Of a stretch of 64,000 bases of DNA, positions 27,759 to 37,067 are shown one piece after another (positions within the stretch are counted from its first letter, which is position 1; each line of letters opens with the position of its first letter). This stretch comes from Ruminococcus sp. GTDB lineage: Bacteria > Bacillota > Clostridia > Oscillospirales > Ruminococcaceae. Under the pieces are notes generated by a model. That model saw nothing but the letters and a program-made list of their open reading frames with translations, had not been told where the DNA came from and searched no databases. The stretch is from positions 2,553 to 66,552 of the forward strand of contig JAFXCR010000011.1 in assembly GCA_017516465.1 (NCBI GenBank), in the 5' to 3' direction. The translations under genes and the position numbers were made by a program.

Positions 27759-28982
27759 TTATATCTGATTGTCGGGGGAGCTTATCGCTTCGACGGAGCT
27801 GAGTTTTCTGTTAATCTGTCTTGTTCGGACTCCCACTAATTTTTCCAGATCATCCTCAGCTTTTTTGAGATGCTTTTGTGTATCTTCAAGTGCTTTCTGA
27901 AAGGTAAGGAATTCTGATTTTACGGCACCGAGTATTTCCCATACCTGACTGCTTTTCTTCTGTATTGCAAGCGTCTGGAATCCCATTTGCAGGGAGTTTA
28001 GCATAGCCGCCATTGTTGAAGGTCCGCAGACGTTGATGTTGTAGTCACGCTGTAAAACTTCTATCATTCCGCTGTTTACGACCTCAGCGTAAAGTCCCTC
28101 GAATGGAAGGAACATAATACCGAAATTCGTGGTATATGGCGGTTCAACGTATTTTTCGTGAATATCCTTTGCACATTTTTTCAGAACTGTGTGGAGATTC
28201 TTTTTTGCTGCTGTTACATCTTCGCTGCTGCCTGATTCATAAGCGTTCTGAAGAGCAGCGTATGTATCTCCGGGGAATTTTGAATCTATGGGCAGATAGA
28301 CGCAGTTTTCACCGTTTCCCGGAAGTCTTACTGCAAATTCTACACGATTCGCACTTTGAGGAATTGTAGCAATATCGCAGTCGTATTGTTCCGGTGCAAG
28401 AATTTCTCTCAGAATAGCACCAAGCTGGATTTCACCGAGAATACCACGATTCTTGACATTTGAAAGTACTTTTTTCAGATCACCGACGCCCGAAGCGATA
28501 TTCTGCATTTCGCCAAGTCCTTTATAGACCTGTTCAAGACGTTCGCCGACAAGTTTGAAGGATTCGTTCATTTTGTTTTCGAGCTTTTCATTTACCGTAG
28601 CCTGTATGGATTCAAGCTTTCTGCTGTTTTCCTCCTGAAGTCCGGTAAGATGTCTTGTCAGGGAGGAACGTATTGCTTCGAGCTTCATTTCGTTGTTGGC
28701 TTCAAGAGTTTTGAAACGGTTTTCGAGAACACTCAGCTGATTTCCGACCGACTCGCCGGAAATTTTCTGTGCCGATGTCAGCATATCACTCATTGCTTTT
28801 ATGCTGTTGTTTATACTTGATGAAACTTCTTCACGAAGCTGTCTGCCGGAATTCTCAGTATCTTTTTTCAGAGCTTCAAGCTGAGGTCTGATATCAGTGG
28901 TGTTTGTTCTTCTGAGTGCAGCGAGGATAAGCAGCATCAGGAAAATAAGAATAATTTCGATAATGAGTAAAACGATATCCAT
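27759..28982 (-). CDS. rmuC: DNA recombination protein RmuC
   Basis: N-terminal TM helix and coiled coil, KNRGILGEIQL, LPIDSKFP, FGIMFLPFEGLY, GPST. Confidence 0.93.
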   Translation of the reverse strand: MDIVLLIIEIILIFLMLLILAALRRTNTTDIRPQLEALKKDTENSGRQLREEVSSSINNSIKAMSDMLTSAQKISGESVGNQLSVLENRFKTLEANNEMKLEAIRSSLTRHLTGLQEENSRKLESIQATVNEKLENKMNESFKLVGERLEQVYKGLGEMQNIASGVGDLKKVLSNVKNRGILGEIQLGAILREILAPEQYDCDIATIPQSANRVEFAVRLPGNGENCVYLPIDSKFPGDTYAALQNAYESGSSEDVTAAKKNLHTVLKKCAKDIHEKYVEPPYTTNFGIMFLPFEGLYAEVVNSGMIEVLQRDYNINVCGPSTMAAMLNSLQMGFQTLAIQKKSSQVWEILGAVKSEFLTFQKALEDTQKHLKKAEDDLEKLVGVRTRQINRKLSSVEAISSPDNQI

Positions 28983-28990
28983 ATTTTCAC

Positions 28991-30103
28991 CTAAAAGTAC
29001 ATATAGAGCTGGCACTTTATCATACCGTTATAGAGTTTTCTACGCTTGGAGGCAGGAGTACCGAAGAATTTTTCAAATTCCTCATGCGGCGAAATTACGT
29101 AGCTTTGTCTGTCTCCGCCCTTGCCGAGGACACGTCCCATTTTTTTGTAGATATCCTCTGCTTCTCTGAGTTCAAGAAGTCTTTCACCGTAAGGAGGATT
29201 GCATATCACGATAGAATTTTCCGGCTGACGGAAAGTAACGATATCAGCTTGTCTTATGTCAAGACGTGATTTGATTCCGGCTTTGTGTGCGTTGTCGAGA
29301 GTAAGAGCTGCTGCCGTATCGTCTATATCGGCACCTATTCCCTGAAATTTAGCTGATCTGTCAACGTTGTCGATAGCACGGCTTCTTTCTTCACGCCAGA
29401 TCATCGGATCAATACTGCTCCATTTTTCGGCAGCGAAACGTCTGTTGATTCCGGGAGCGATTCTCAGTGCCTTGAAAGCAGCTTCAATGAGGATGGTACC
29501 GCTTCCGCAGAACGGATCGCATACAATTGTATCGGGGCGAACTCTTGCAAGATCGACAATTCCGGCAGCAAGAGTTTCCTTGATAGGAGCGGCATTTGAA
29601 TTGCGTCTGTAGCCTCTTTTGTGGAGACCAACGCCGCTTGTGTCAAGATAGAGAGAAACAACATCCTTCAGGATGCTGAATCTTATCTGCACCGGAGCTT
29701 CTGTTTCATCAAACCAGTTTACTCCGTATTTTGATTTAAGACGCTCTACTGCTGCTTTTTTTACAATTGACTGGCAGTCAGGAACGCTGTGCAGTGTTGA
29801 GTTGAGGGAATATCCCTTAACCGGAAAAGCATTTTTTTCGCCGATATATCTCTCAAGCTCTGCCGATTTTACACCCTGAAAGAGTTCTTCAAAGGTAGAA
29901 GCTTTGAATTCTATCAGTTCGATAAGAACTCTTTCTGCTGTTGAAAGGCAGAGGTTAGCTCTTGCGAGGATGTTTTCATCCCCGCTGAAGCTTATTTTTC
30001 CATCGGAGACACGAAGTTCAGTGCCTCCGATTTTTTGTATTTCGTATTTTAGTACGCTTTCCAGACCGAAATGGCACGGACAGCAAAGTCTTATTTTACT
30101 CAA
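28991..30103 (-). CDS. THUMP-domain class I SAM rRNA methyltransferase (RlmL/YpsC-like)
   Basis: LDTSGVGLHKRGYR, APIKETLAAG, DPFCGSGT, NPPYGERL; TTG start. Confidence 0.9.
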   Translation of the reverse strand: MSKIRLCCPCHFGLESVLKYEIQKIGGTELRVSDGKISFSGDENILARANLCLSTAERVLIELIEFKASTFEELFQGVKSAELERYIGEKNAFPVKGYSLNSTLHSVPDCQSIVKKAAVERLKSKYGVNWFDETEAPVQIRFSILKDVVSLYLDTSGVGLHKRGYRRNSNAAPIKETLAAGIVDLARVRPDTIVCDPFCGSGTILIEAAFKALRIAPGINRRFAAEKWSSIDPMIWREERSRAIDNVDRSAKFQGIGADIDDTAAALTLDNAHKAGIKSRLDIRQADIVTFRQPENSIVICNPPYGERLLELREAEDIYKKMGRVLGKGGDRQSYVISPHEEFEKFFGTPASKRRKLYNGMIKCQLYMYF

Positions 30104-30115
30104 AAAATCACCTTC

Positions 30116-32707
30116 TTACCAACCTTGGTCACCGCCGCCGGTATCACCACCGCCGGCTGGAACATCGCCACCGCCGGCTGGAACATCGCCGCCGCCTACT
30201 GGAACATCGCCGCCGCCTGCTGGAACATCGCCGCCGCCGGCTGGAACATCGCCACCGCCGGCTGGAACATCGCCACCGCCGGCTGGAACATCACCGCCGC
30301 CGCTCGGTACGTCGCCGCCGGAAACATCGCCTTCGCCGGTCTGTGTGTTATAGCTTGGTTCTGTGGGTTCCGGAGCCACATAATGACCGCCGTTGCAGTA
30401 CGGAGCATTTGATTCCTTCCAGTAGCCCATCTGCGAACTCTTCGGACATCCCTGTCCTGCGATAAGTCCGGAAGTTGTACACCAAGGCGATTCGATAACA
30501 CCTCTTACAGGATCAAAGTCCGGTTCTGTGTTGAGAAAGTTGTTGTCTGCGTATTCTCCGATGATACTCTTCCATACAGCCGCTGAATGGATGTAAGTAG
30601 GAAGTCCCATACCCTCTCTGTATTCCTTGTAACCGATAGTAACACCGCTTACAAAGTCTCTTGTAAGACCTACGAATGTAAGATCCCACCAGTTTTCGTT
30701 TGTACCTGTCTTACCGCAAACGACCTTGTTATTGAGTTTTGCGTCTGTACCGGTACCCTGATCAACAACGTTTTTGAGAAGTCGGTTCATAACCCATGCG
30801 GTCTGAGCGCTGACAGCCTCACGGGGATTGCCGTTGTTCTCATAAATAACGTCGCCGTTGCTGTTTTCAATTTTTGTGATAATGTGGGCGTCGTTGAAGA
30901 TACCCTCGTTTCCGTACGGCAGATATGCGTTTACCATATCCTGAAGTGTGATACCGTATGTGAGCGAACCTACTGACAGAGGAGGAAGAACCTCACCGTC
31001 CATCGGATCGAGCTCAAGTCCGAGCTGTTCCGTACAGAACTTGTATACAGCCTGCGGAGTAAGCTCCTGACAGAGCTGAGCCGGAACTGTGTTGTATGAT
31101 TTCTGGAGGAAGTAGTAGATAAAGTTTGGCCGACCGGAAATACTGATATCATCACCGGTTGAGTAGTTTGTAGGCCAAGGGATTCCATTTACATCCATGA
31201 CCTTTTTGTCGGTATATACGGAGCTCCAGTGGATGTGATCCTTTTGAAGAGCAAGGCCGTAGGTGGAGATAGGCTTGATAGTAGAACCGATAGAACGCTT
31301 GTCTCTTACAGCGTAGTTAGTTACGAGAGAGTCCTTCTTTTCGCCCCAGTTTCCGACAGTTGCCTTGATTGAGCCGTCGTAATTGAGAGCAACGAAAGCA
31401 ACGTGTGGAAGTGATTCATCGTCAGTTACTGTGCCGTCGCCGTTAAGGTCAACCCATTTTCTTACGCCGTCAGAGGAAAGGAAGTTATCGAGGCTAAGGA
31501 ACTTTTCTTCTACATATTTCTGCATATTATTGTCAATGTAGGAGTAAATTTTGTAGCCGCCAGTGTTGATACGCTTGAGAGCTGTATCGAAGTCGATGTT
31601 CATTTCCTTCATGAAGAAATCTGCTGCTTCAAAGTAGATAGCGTCAAGTGCCCATGAATATGCTTTCTGCTCCTGTTCAAGAGCTTCAGCGGCATCTTCG
31701 GGGTGAGCCTTGAGATATTCTTCGGAGTCTGTATAGATTATCGGAGTATTTAGATATTCCTGATAATCATCATAGCTGATAGCACCGTTTTCGTAGAGCT
31801 TGTACAGAACATATTTCTGACGTGTTTTGTTATTTGCACGGCCATCGCTAATCAGAGGACTTTTCAGATTAAGATCATCCTCGTGATAGTACTGCATAGG
31901 TCCGTATTTTTCAGGATCTTTAGGTATAGCCGCAAGAACAGCCGCTTCTGGAGTACTTATCTGATCAACGGTCTTTCCGAAATATCGGATACAGGCGAGT
32001 TCAATACCGTTGACAGCACCACCGAAGCCGATGTAGTTCAGGTATTCTTCGAGAATTTCGTCCTTGGAATACGTTTTTTCCAGCTGCATAGCGGCGAAGA
32101 TTTCACGTATCTTACGCTGAGGAGACTGCTCATTGTCACCGGTAAGGTTTTTGATAAGCTGCTGGGTAATTGTAGATCCGCCCTGATTTGTATCATAGAA
32201 GTGCATGAACATATTCAGGAAGGCAGAGAATGTTCGTTTGTAGTCAACACCGTCGTGAACGTAGAAACGTTCGTCCTCAGTGTAAACGAAAGCGTCCCTG
32301 ACGTGCTGCGGTATTTTGTCGATAGAAACGGGGATACGCTGTACAGAAGATTTGACTCTGTGCAGCTGTACGATTTTTTCTTCACCGTTTTCATCGAATT
32401 CAGTACCGTAGAAGTAGGTATCACTTCCTGATTCGAGAGCCTGAAATGTAATGCTGCTGCTTTCGTCCATGAAGTCAAGAACATAGACGGTAAGTGCCGT
32501 TGCAACGATAGTTCCCGTAATAATCATAACAAGGAACAGTGAAAGCAGGGTTGTTGCGATAACAGCAATAATCTTCTTGAAGATTCTGAAGGGAAGACTG
32601 TGTTTTTTCTTCTTCTTTTTCTTATTTGGCGGCGGTGATTGTCTTGCCGGCATTGGTTCAGCGAATCCTGTCTTAGGCTGCTGAGGTGTGAAATTATTAT
32701 CGTTCAT
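30116..32707 (-). CDS. Class A penicillin-binding protein (PBP1A) with Gly-rich repeat tail; start uncertain (open frame extends to 32800)
   Basis: GT51 motifs EDERF and GGSTITQQLIKN; transpeptidase motifs STIK, SYN, KTGT. Confidence 0.9.
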   Translation of the reverse strand: MNDNNFTPQQPKTGFAEPMPARQSPPPNKKKKKKKHSLPFRIFKKIIAVIATTLLSLFLVMIITGTIVATALTVYVLDFMDESSSITFQALESGSDTYFYGTEFDENGEEKIVQLHRVKSSVQRIPVSIDKIPQHVRDAFVYTEDERFYVHDGVDYKRTFSAFLNMFMHFYDTNQGGSTITQQLIKNLTGDNEQSPQRKIREIFAAMQLEKTYSKDEILEEYLNYIGFGGAVNGIELACIRYFGKTVDQISTPEAAVLAAIPKDPEKYGPMQYYHEDDLNLKSPLISDGRANNKTRQKYVLYKLYENGAISYDDYQEYLNTPIIYTDSEEYLKAHPEDAAEALEQEQKAYSWALDAIYFEAADFFMKEMNIDFDTALKRINTGGYKIYSYIDNNMQKYVEEKFLSLDNFLSSDGVRKWVDLNGDGTVTDDESLPHVAFVALNYDGSIKATVGNWGEKKDSLVTNYAVRDKRSIGSTIKPISTYGLALQKDHIHWSSVYTDKKVMDVNGIPWPTNYSTGDDISISGRPNFIYYFLQKSYNTVPAQLCQELTPQAVYKFCTEQLGLELDPMDGEVLPPLSVGSLTYGITLQDMVNAYLPYGNEGIFNDAHIITKIENSNGDVIYENNGNPREAVSAQTAWVMNRLLKNVVDQGTGTDAKLNNKVVCGKTGTNENWWDLTFVGLTRDFVSGVTIGYKEYREGMGLPTYIHSAAVWKSIIGEYADNNFLNTEPDFDPVRGVIESPWCTTSGLIAGQGCPKSSQMGYWKESNAPYCNGGHYVAPEPTEPSYNTQTGEGDVSGGDVPSGGGDVPAGGGDVPAGGGDVPAGGGDVPAGGGDVPVGGGDVPAGGGDVPAGGGDTGGGDQGW
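30130..30325. repeat. 21-bp coding tandem repeat (GGGDVPA, about 8 copies) in the PBP1A tail
   Basis: Unit ccgccggctggaacatcgcca repeated head to tail with no spacers. Confidence 0.95.
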
Positions 32708-32882
32708 TCTGAAATTTGTCTTCGCATGGCGAATAATTTCCGGACAAAAATGAAAAACAATCTGTCCGTTATGCTCAGATGCGTTGACAGCTCCTTTCAT
32801 AGAATTACATATAACTATACATCATAAATTATAGCACATCTGTCCGAATTTGTTAAGAGCTTTTTTGAAAAAACGTCATTTT

Positions 32883-32912
32883 GTATAATTATAGAAAAAT
32901 AAACCCATAATA
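32883..32912 (+). promoter_or_regulatory. sigma-G-type forespore promoter
   Basis: GTATA-N18-CATAATA upstream of the BofC-like gene. Confidence 0.5.
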
Positions 32913-32943
32913 TTTATAACTCATTTTAAAAAGGAGAAAAATT

Positions 32944-33282
32944 ATGGGCAGGATTATTGATAAAAGGATTTATTTCACATTGCTTACCGCTATAACGGTA
33001 TCAGGATTTCTGGTTATCTGTACACTCGGACAGACTGTAAGAAAAGAACGAATAGAGTCCAGACTGGAAGCCGCAGCACTTGATGATCCGGAGCCGCTGT
33101 ATATAGTCAGAGAGTACAACGGCAGGATTGCAATTTTCTGCCGTGGAAGTTCCGAGCCGTTCCGGTATCTCGAATTCAATATATCGCTTCTGCCGGATTT
33201 TGACCGTGAGCAGCTGCGTGAGGGAATCGGACTTTACACTGACGAAGAACTGTGGACGTATATTCAGGATGTGGAAGGATAA
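32944..33282 (+). CDS. BofC C-terminal-domain protein
   Basis: TM helix, then YIVREYNGRIAIF...LLPDFDREQLREGI...EEL. Confidence 0.7.
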   Translation: MGRIIDKRIYFTLLTAITVSGFLVICTLGQTVRKERIESRLEAAALDDPEPLYIVREYNGRIAIFCRGSSEPFRYLEFNISLLPDFDREQLREGIGLYTDEELWTYIQDVEG

Positions 33283-33285
33283 TTA

Positions 33286-33315
33286 AAAGGGCGTTCATTT
33301 TTTTGAACGCCCTTT
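33286..33315. terminator. Bidirectional terminator
   Basis: aaagggcgttca...tgaacgcccttt. Confidence 0.8.
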
Positions 33316-33322
33316 CTGCTTA

Positions 33323-35107
33323 TTATATAATTAAAAACATAAATCCGGTATATGGCGGAATATCCATTGTCAGAAGTCCGTTACCATATCTGAAAGAAGT
33401 TTTTCCGTCCGGAGTTCTTCCGCTGTAAAGCTCGGAATCCGAATCGAGCAGAAGTTTGATTTCCGATATACTGCCGATTTTCAGAGAGTATTCCGGCTGA
33501 TACCAGTCAGAAAGATTAAGTACTGTCAGGATGTCGCCGGTTTTGCTTTTCCTTATGAAAGCATAAATGCATTTTGTCGGAGAATTACAATCTGCCCAGA
33601 TAAAATTATCAGGTTCATAATCGAGGTGCAGAGCCTCATATTCAAGATAAATTCTGTTCAGAGCACAGATGTACCTGTAAAACGAATCATGAACAGGATA
33701 TTTCAGCATATCCCAGTCCTGCTGACGTTTTTCATCCCATTCACGCAGCTGTGCAAATTCATTTCCCATAAAATTGAGTTTTTTCCCTGGATGAGCTATC
33801 ATATACATATATAACCCCCTTGCCTGCGGAAATTTCTCATTGTACTGCCCGTTCATTTTCTGAGTTATTGAAGCTTTTCCATGAACTACCTCATCGTGAG
33901 AAAGCGGCATTATATATCGTTCCTTGTGGAAGTAGAGCATTGAAAAGGTGAGTTTGTGATATATTCCACTGCGGAAAATCGGAGAACTGCGGAAGAAATC
34001 AAGGGTATCGTGCATCCAGCCGAGATCCCATTTGTAGTCGAAGCCAAGACCTCCTTCTGACACAGGAGAGGTTACTCCGGAATAAGCAGAGGAATCCTCA
34101 GCCATAAGTATTGCAGACGGATGACGTGCTTTTAATCCTGTATTCATTGTTTTCAGGAAATCTATTGCACATTTGTTTTCACCACGTTTTTCATCGCCGT
34201 TCCAGTAGATCAGATTACGCACGGCGTCCATTCTCAGACCGTCAAAGTGAAATATCGTAAGCCAGTAATCAGCGGCTGACTGCAAAAATGAGCGTACTTC
34301 ACCTCTCGAATGCATGAAATTCCGGCTGCCCCATTCATTATAGCCTACATCGTTGTTTGGATATTCATATAGACATGTTCCGTCATATTTTGTCAGACCA
34401 TAATCATCAACGGCAAAGTGTACAGGGATGAAATCCAGAATCACGCCGATTCCGTTCTGATGGCACTTATCAACGAGTTCCATGAGCTGAGCCGGAGTGC
34501 CATAGCGTGATGTCGGTGCAAAAAAACCTGTGCTCTGATATCCCCATGATTCATCGCAGGGGTGCTCATTCAGCGGCATTATTTCGATGAAGTTATAACC
34601 GGATTCTTTGACATAGGGGATAAGAAGTTCAGCAAGCTGTGTGTAATCCAGCCATTTTTCAGGATCGCTGATGTCTCTTTTCCATGAACCGGGATGAATC
34701 TCATAGATGTTCATAGGTTTGCTTATGCAGTCAGTACGGGTAGTCATCCATTCATTATCATTGAAACGGTAAGCGTCTGTTCTGCGAATAATGGAGCAAG
34801 TTCCGGGACGAAGTTCCATACCAAAGCCGTAAGGATCGCAGTGATCGGTGAAACTGCCGTTTTTGTCGTAGATTCTGTATTTGTAGCGCATACCTTCAAG
34901 TGCTTCCGGAACGACAGCTTCATAGAAATTTCCGTCAGAGATCTTATTCATCGGAATTTCCTTCCAGCCGCTGAAATCACCTGTTACAGAGATTTTGGAA
35001 GCATCCGGCGCAAAGGTGCGGAAAACTGTGCCTTCATCCGACAGATGTGCCCCGAAATATTCGTATGCATTGAAGATTTTTCCCTGATAGAAGTTTTGTA
35101 TATTCAT
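33323..35107 (-). CDS. glgB: 1,4-alpha-glucan branching enzyme, second stand-alone copy (GH13_9)
   Basis: SWGYQ, DGLRMDAV, AEDSS, LSHDEVVHGK, HPGKKLNFMG. Confidence 0.9.
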   Translation of the reverse strand: MNIQNFYQGKIFNAYEYFGAHLSDEGTVFRTFAPDASKISVTGDFSGWKEIPMNKISDGNFYEAVVPEALEGMRYKYRIYDKNGSFTDHCDPYGFGMELRPGTCSIIRRTDAYRFNDNEWMTTRTDCISKPMNIYEIHPGSWKRDISDPEKWLDYTQLAELLIPYVKESGYNFIEIMPLNEHPCDESWGYQSTGFFAPTSRYGTPAQLMELVDKCHQNGIGVILDFIPVHFAVDDYGLTKYDGTCLYEYPNNDVGYNEWGSRNFMHSRGEVRSFLQSAADYWLTIFHFDGLRMDAVRNLIYWNGDEKRGENKCAIDFLKTMNTGLKARHPSAILMAEDSSAYSGVTSPVSEGGLGFDYKWDLGWMHDTLDFFRSSPIFRSGIYHKLTFSMLYFHKERYIMPLSHDEVVHGKASITQKMNGQYNEKFPQARGLYMYMIAHPGKKLNFMGNEFAQLREWDEKRQQDWDMLKYPVHDSFYRYICALNRIYLEYEALHLDYEPDNFIWADCNSPTKCIYAFIRKSKTGDILTVLNLSDWYQPEYSLKIGSISEIKLLLDSDSELYSGRTPDGKTSFRYGNGLLTMDIPPYTGFMFLII

Positions 35108-35244
35108 TGTGTATCATCCTGTCCTGTAAGTTGTGATTCCGGTTGACAACCGCCGGCTTTTTCTGTATAATATTATAATGTAAAAAAGGAATTTTTTCAA
35201 TACTGATTTTGAAACAGAAAATCAGAAATTACGGAGATGATAAA

Positions 35245-36186
35245 ATGAACGGAACAACAACGACTTCCATAGCAACACTAACGGATACGGTATCAGAGAT
35301 CATCGGAACAGATGCTGTTTCCGCAGAGGTCACTGAAACAACAGGAGCTTCTATTCAGGAGAAGATGACGGATAAAGCGTCGTTTTTTGAACGTGCCCTT
35401 GAGCATCTGAAAGATGCCGCTCCATCGCTGATTATTGCACTTATAGTGCTGATTGTCGGAATTATAGTATCACGCCTTATAACAGGAGTTGTAAAGCGTG
35501 CAATGAAACGCTCCAATATTGACGGTGCGGCAAGAAGCTTTCTTTTATCGCTGATTCGAATCATACTTTACATGGTAGTAATCATCATGGCTCTTTCAGT
35601 GCTGAACGTTCCCATGTCCTCGGTAATAACCATATTCGGTGCCGCCGGACTTGCAATCAGTCTTGCACTCCAGAACTGCCTTTCTAATCTCTGCGGAGGA
35701 TTTATAATACTCTTTTCAAAGCCGTTTGCTGCCGGAGATACGATTGAACTTGATAATTCTGTCGGAAACGTTGAATCAATTAACATTCTCTATACAAAGA
35801 TACAGACCTTTGACGGAAAGACTATATATATCCCGAACGGAAAGGTTTCAGATGCAAAGATTATCAACTATACTGCAAGTCCTACAAGACGTATTGATCT
35901 GCGGTTTGATATTGGTTACGGCGATGACTTCAAGAAGGCACGGGAACTGATACTCGGAATTATCAAAGGAAACAAGAATTTTCTTACTGATCCAGAGCCG
36001 GTTGTACGAATGACTTCACATGAGGAAAGTTCCATTGCAATTGCGGTAAAAGTACACGTTACAAATGAAAATTACGAATCTATGAGATATTACCTTCTTG
36101 AATCGGTAAAGGAGCAGTTCGACAAAAACGGAATTGAAATTCCATATAAGCAGATCGATGTACATATTAAGGATGTGATTTCATGA
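35245..36186 (+). CDS. Small-conductance mechanosensitive channel (MscS family)
   Basis: GAAGLAISLALQ...SN..GG...KPFAAGD, TFDGKTIYIPN, IEIPY. Confidence 0.92.
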   Translation: MNGTTTTSIATLTDTVSEIIGTDAVSAEVTETTGASIQEKMTDKASFFERALEHLKDAAPSLIIALIVLIVGIIVSRLITGVVKRAMKRSNIDGAARSFLLSLIRIILYMVVIIMALSVLNVPMSSVITIFGAAGLAISLALQNCLSNLCGGFIILFSKPFAAGDTIELDNSVGNVESINILYTKIQTFDGKTIYIPNGKVSDAKIINYTASPTRRIDLRFDIGYGDDFKKARELILGIIKGNKNFLTDPEPVVRMTSHEESSIAIAVKVHVTNENYESMRYYLLESVKEQFDKNGIEIPYKQIDVHIKDVIS

Positions 36187-37052
36187 ATGAAGGGGAAAAG
36201 CCTGCTGCATCTGAAAAAAAGACTCCGGAATCAAAATACAGATTCAGAAGAATGAGTTTTCTAATTATAATTATATTGCTGATATGGTGGTTCAATAATT
36301 TTACGTTAAAGGTAACAAAGGTCGAAATTACGTCTGATAAAATTAGTTCTCCGGTAAGGATAGCTATGATAAGTGATCTTCATGTTTCTGACTTTTCAAT
36401 CGTGAACAAAAAGATTATAAAGAAAATATGCGGTCAGGAGCCTGATATTGTAGTTGTTGCAGGTGATATGTATTCAACCGGAAGTGACATGGAAACAATA
36501 GATATTGCTGTTGATCTGATAGAAGGCATTGTAGATGAAGGATATCCGGTTTATGTGGTTACAGGCGAACACGATACGGATCAGGAATATATTGACGCAG
36601 TATCTGAAACAGGTGCCTGTGTCATGAACTACGAAGAGAAAATAACAGATCTGAACGGAAACAAATTCCAGATTATCGGAATTGACAATGTTTATTATTC
36701 CGATACCTTTGATCTCAGGAAGGAATTTACTATCCGTGATGACTGCTTCAGCCTGCTGCTTGCGCATATTCCGAATTACGACAAGCTGTCGCTGTTTGGT
36801 GCTGATCTGACGCTTTGTGCTGATACTCACGGGGAAATGGTACAGTTGCCGTTTGATCTCGGACCTGTATATTCGTCAGATTATGGCAGTTGGTTTCCTC
36901 AGCTGACAAAAGATCAGGAAATCTACGATAAAGGATTGTTTTCGTATAAAGGCGGAAATATGTTTATAACATCTGGTGCCGGAGTATCTCCTGCACCTAT
37001 CAGATTCAATAACAGACCGGAAATAGCCATTATCGACTTGATACCGGAGTGA
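36183..37052 (+). CDS. Metallophosphoesterase (YkuE-like) with variant metal ligands
   Basis: SDLH, GD, GEHD, LLAH and ADTHG motifs. Confidence 0.82.
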   Translation: MNEGEKPAASEKKTPESKYRFRRMSFLIIIILLIWWFNNFTLKVTKVEITSDKISSPVRIAMISDLHVSDFSIVNKKIIKKICGQEPDIVVVAGDMYSTGSDMETIDIAVDLIEGIVDEGYPVYVVTGEHDTDQEYIDAVSETGACVMNYEEKITDLNGNKFQIIGIDNVYYSDTFDLRKEFTIRDDCFSLLLAHIPNYDKLSLFGADLTLCADTHGEMVQLPFDLGPVYSSDYGSWFPQLTKDQEIYDKGLFSYKGGNMFITSGAGVSPAPIRFNNRPEIAIIDLIPE

Positions 37053-37067
37053 TCGGAGGAAATAAAA

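Larger units (their letters stand above)
27149..27795. repeat. ~650-bp direct repeat, copy B (overlaps the true rmuC 3' end)
   Basis: Aligns with 25826-26475. Confidence 0.93.

Noticed and set aside
24788-27800. Intact integrative element or prophage at tRNA-Arg
   Set aside because: No integrase, relaxase or phage genes, and I found no duplicated tRNA 3' end; only relic features are reported
30130-30325. CRISPR array
   Set aside because: The 21-bp units are contiguous with no spacers, lie in frame within PBP1A, and no cas genes are present
30071-30501. Plus-strand ORFs with AAGWNIAT or AVAMFQP repeats
   Set aside because: Antisense shadows of the PBP1A tandem repeat; no RBS or independent support
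34694-35146. 150-aa plus-strand ORF, and similar long antisense ORFs (e.g. 31883-32431, 17122-17649, 12590-13039, 59339-59926)
   Set aside because: They lie entirely opposite well-supported genes and have no recognisable motifs
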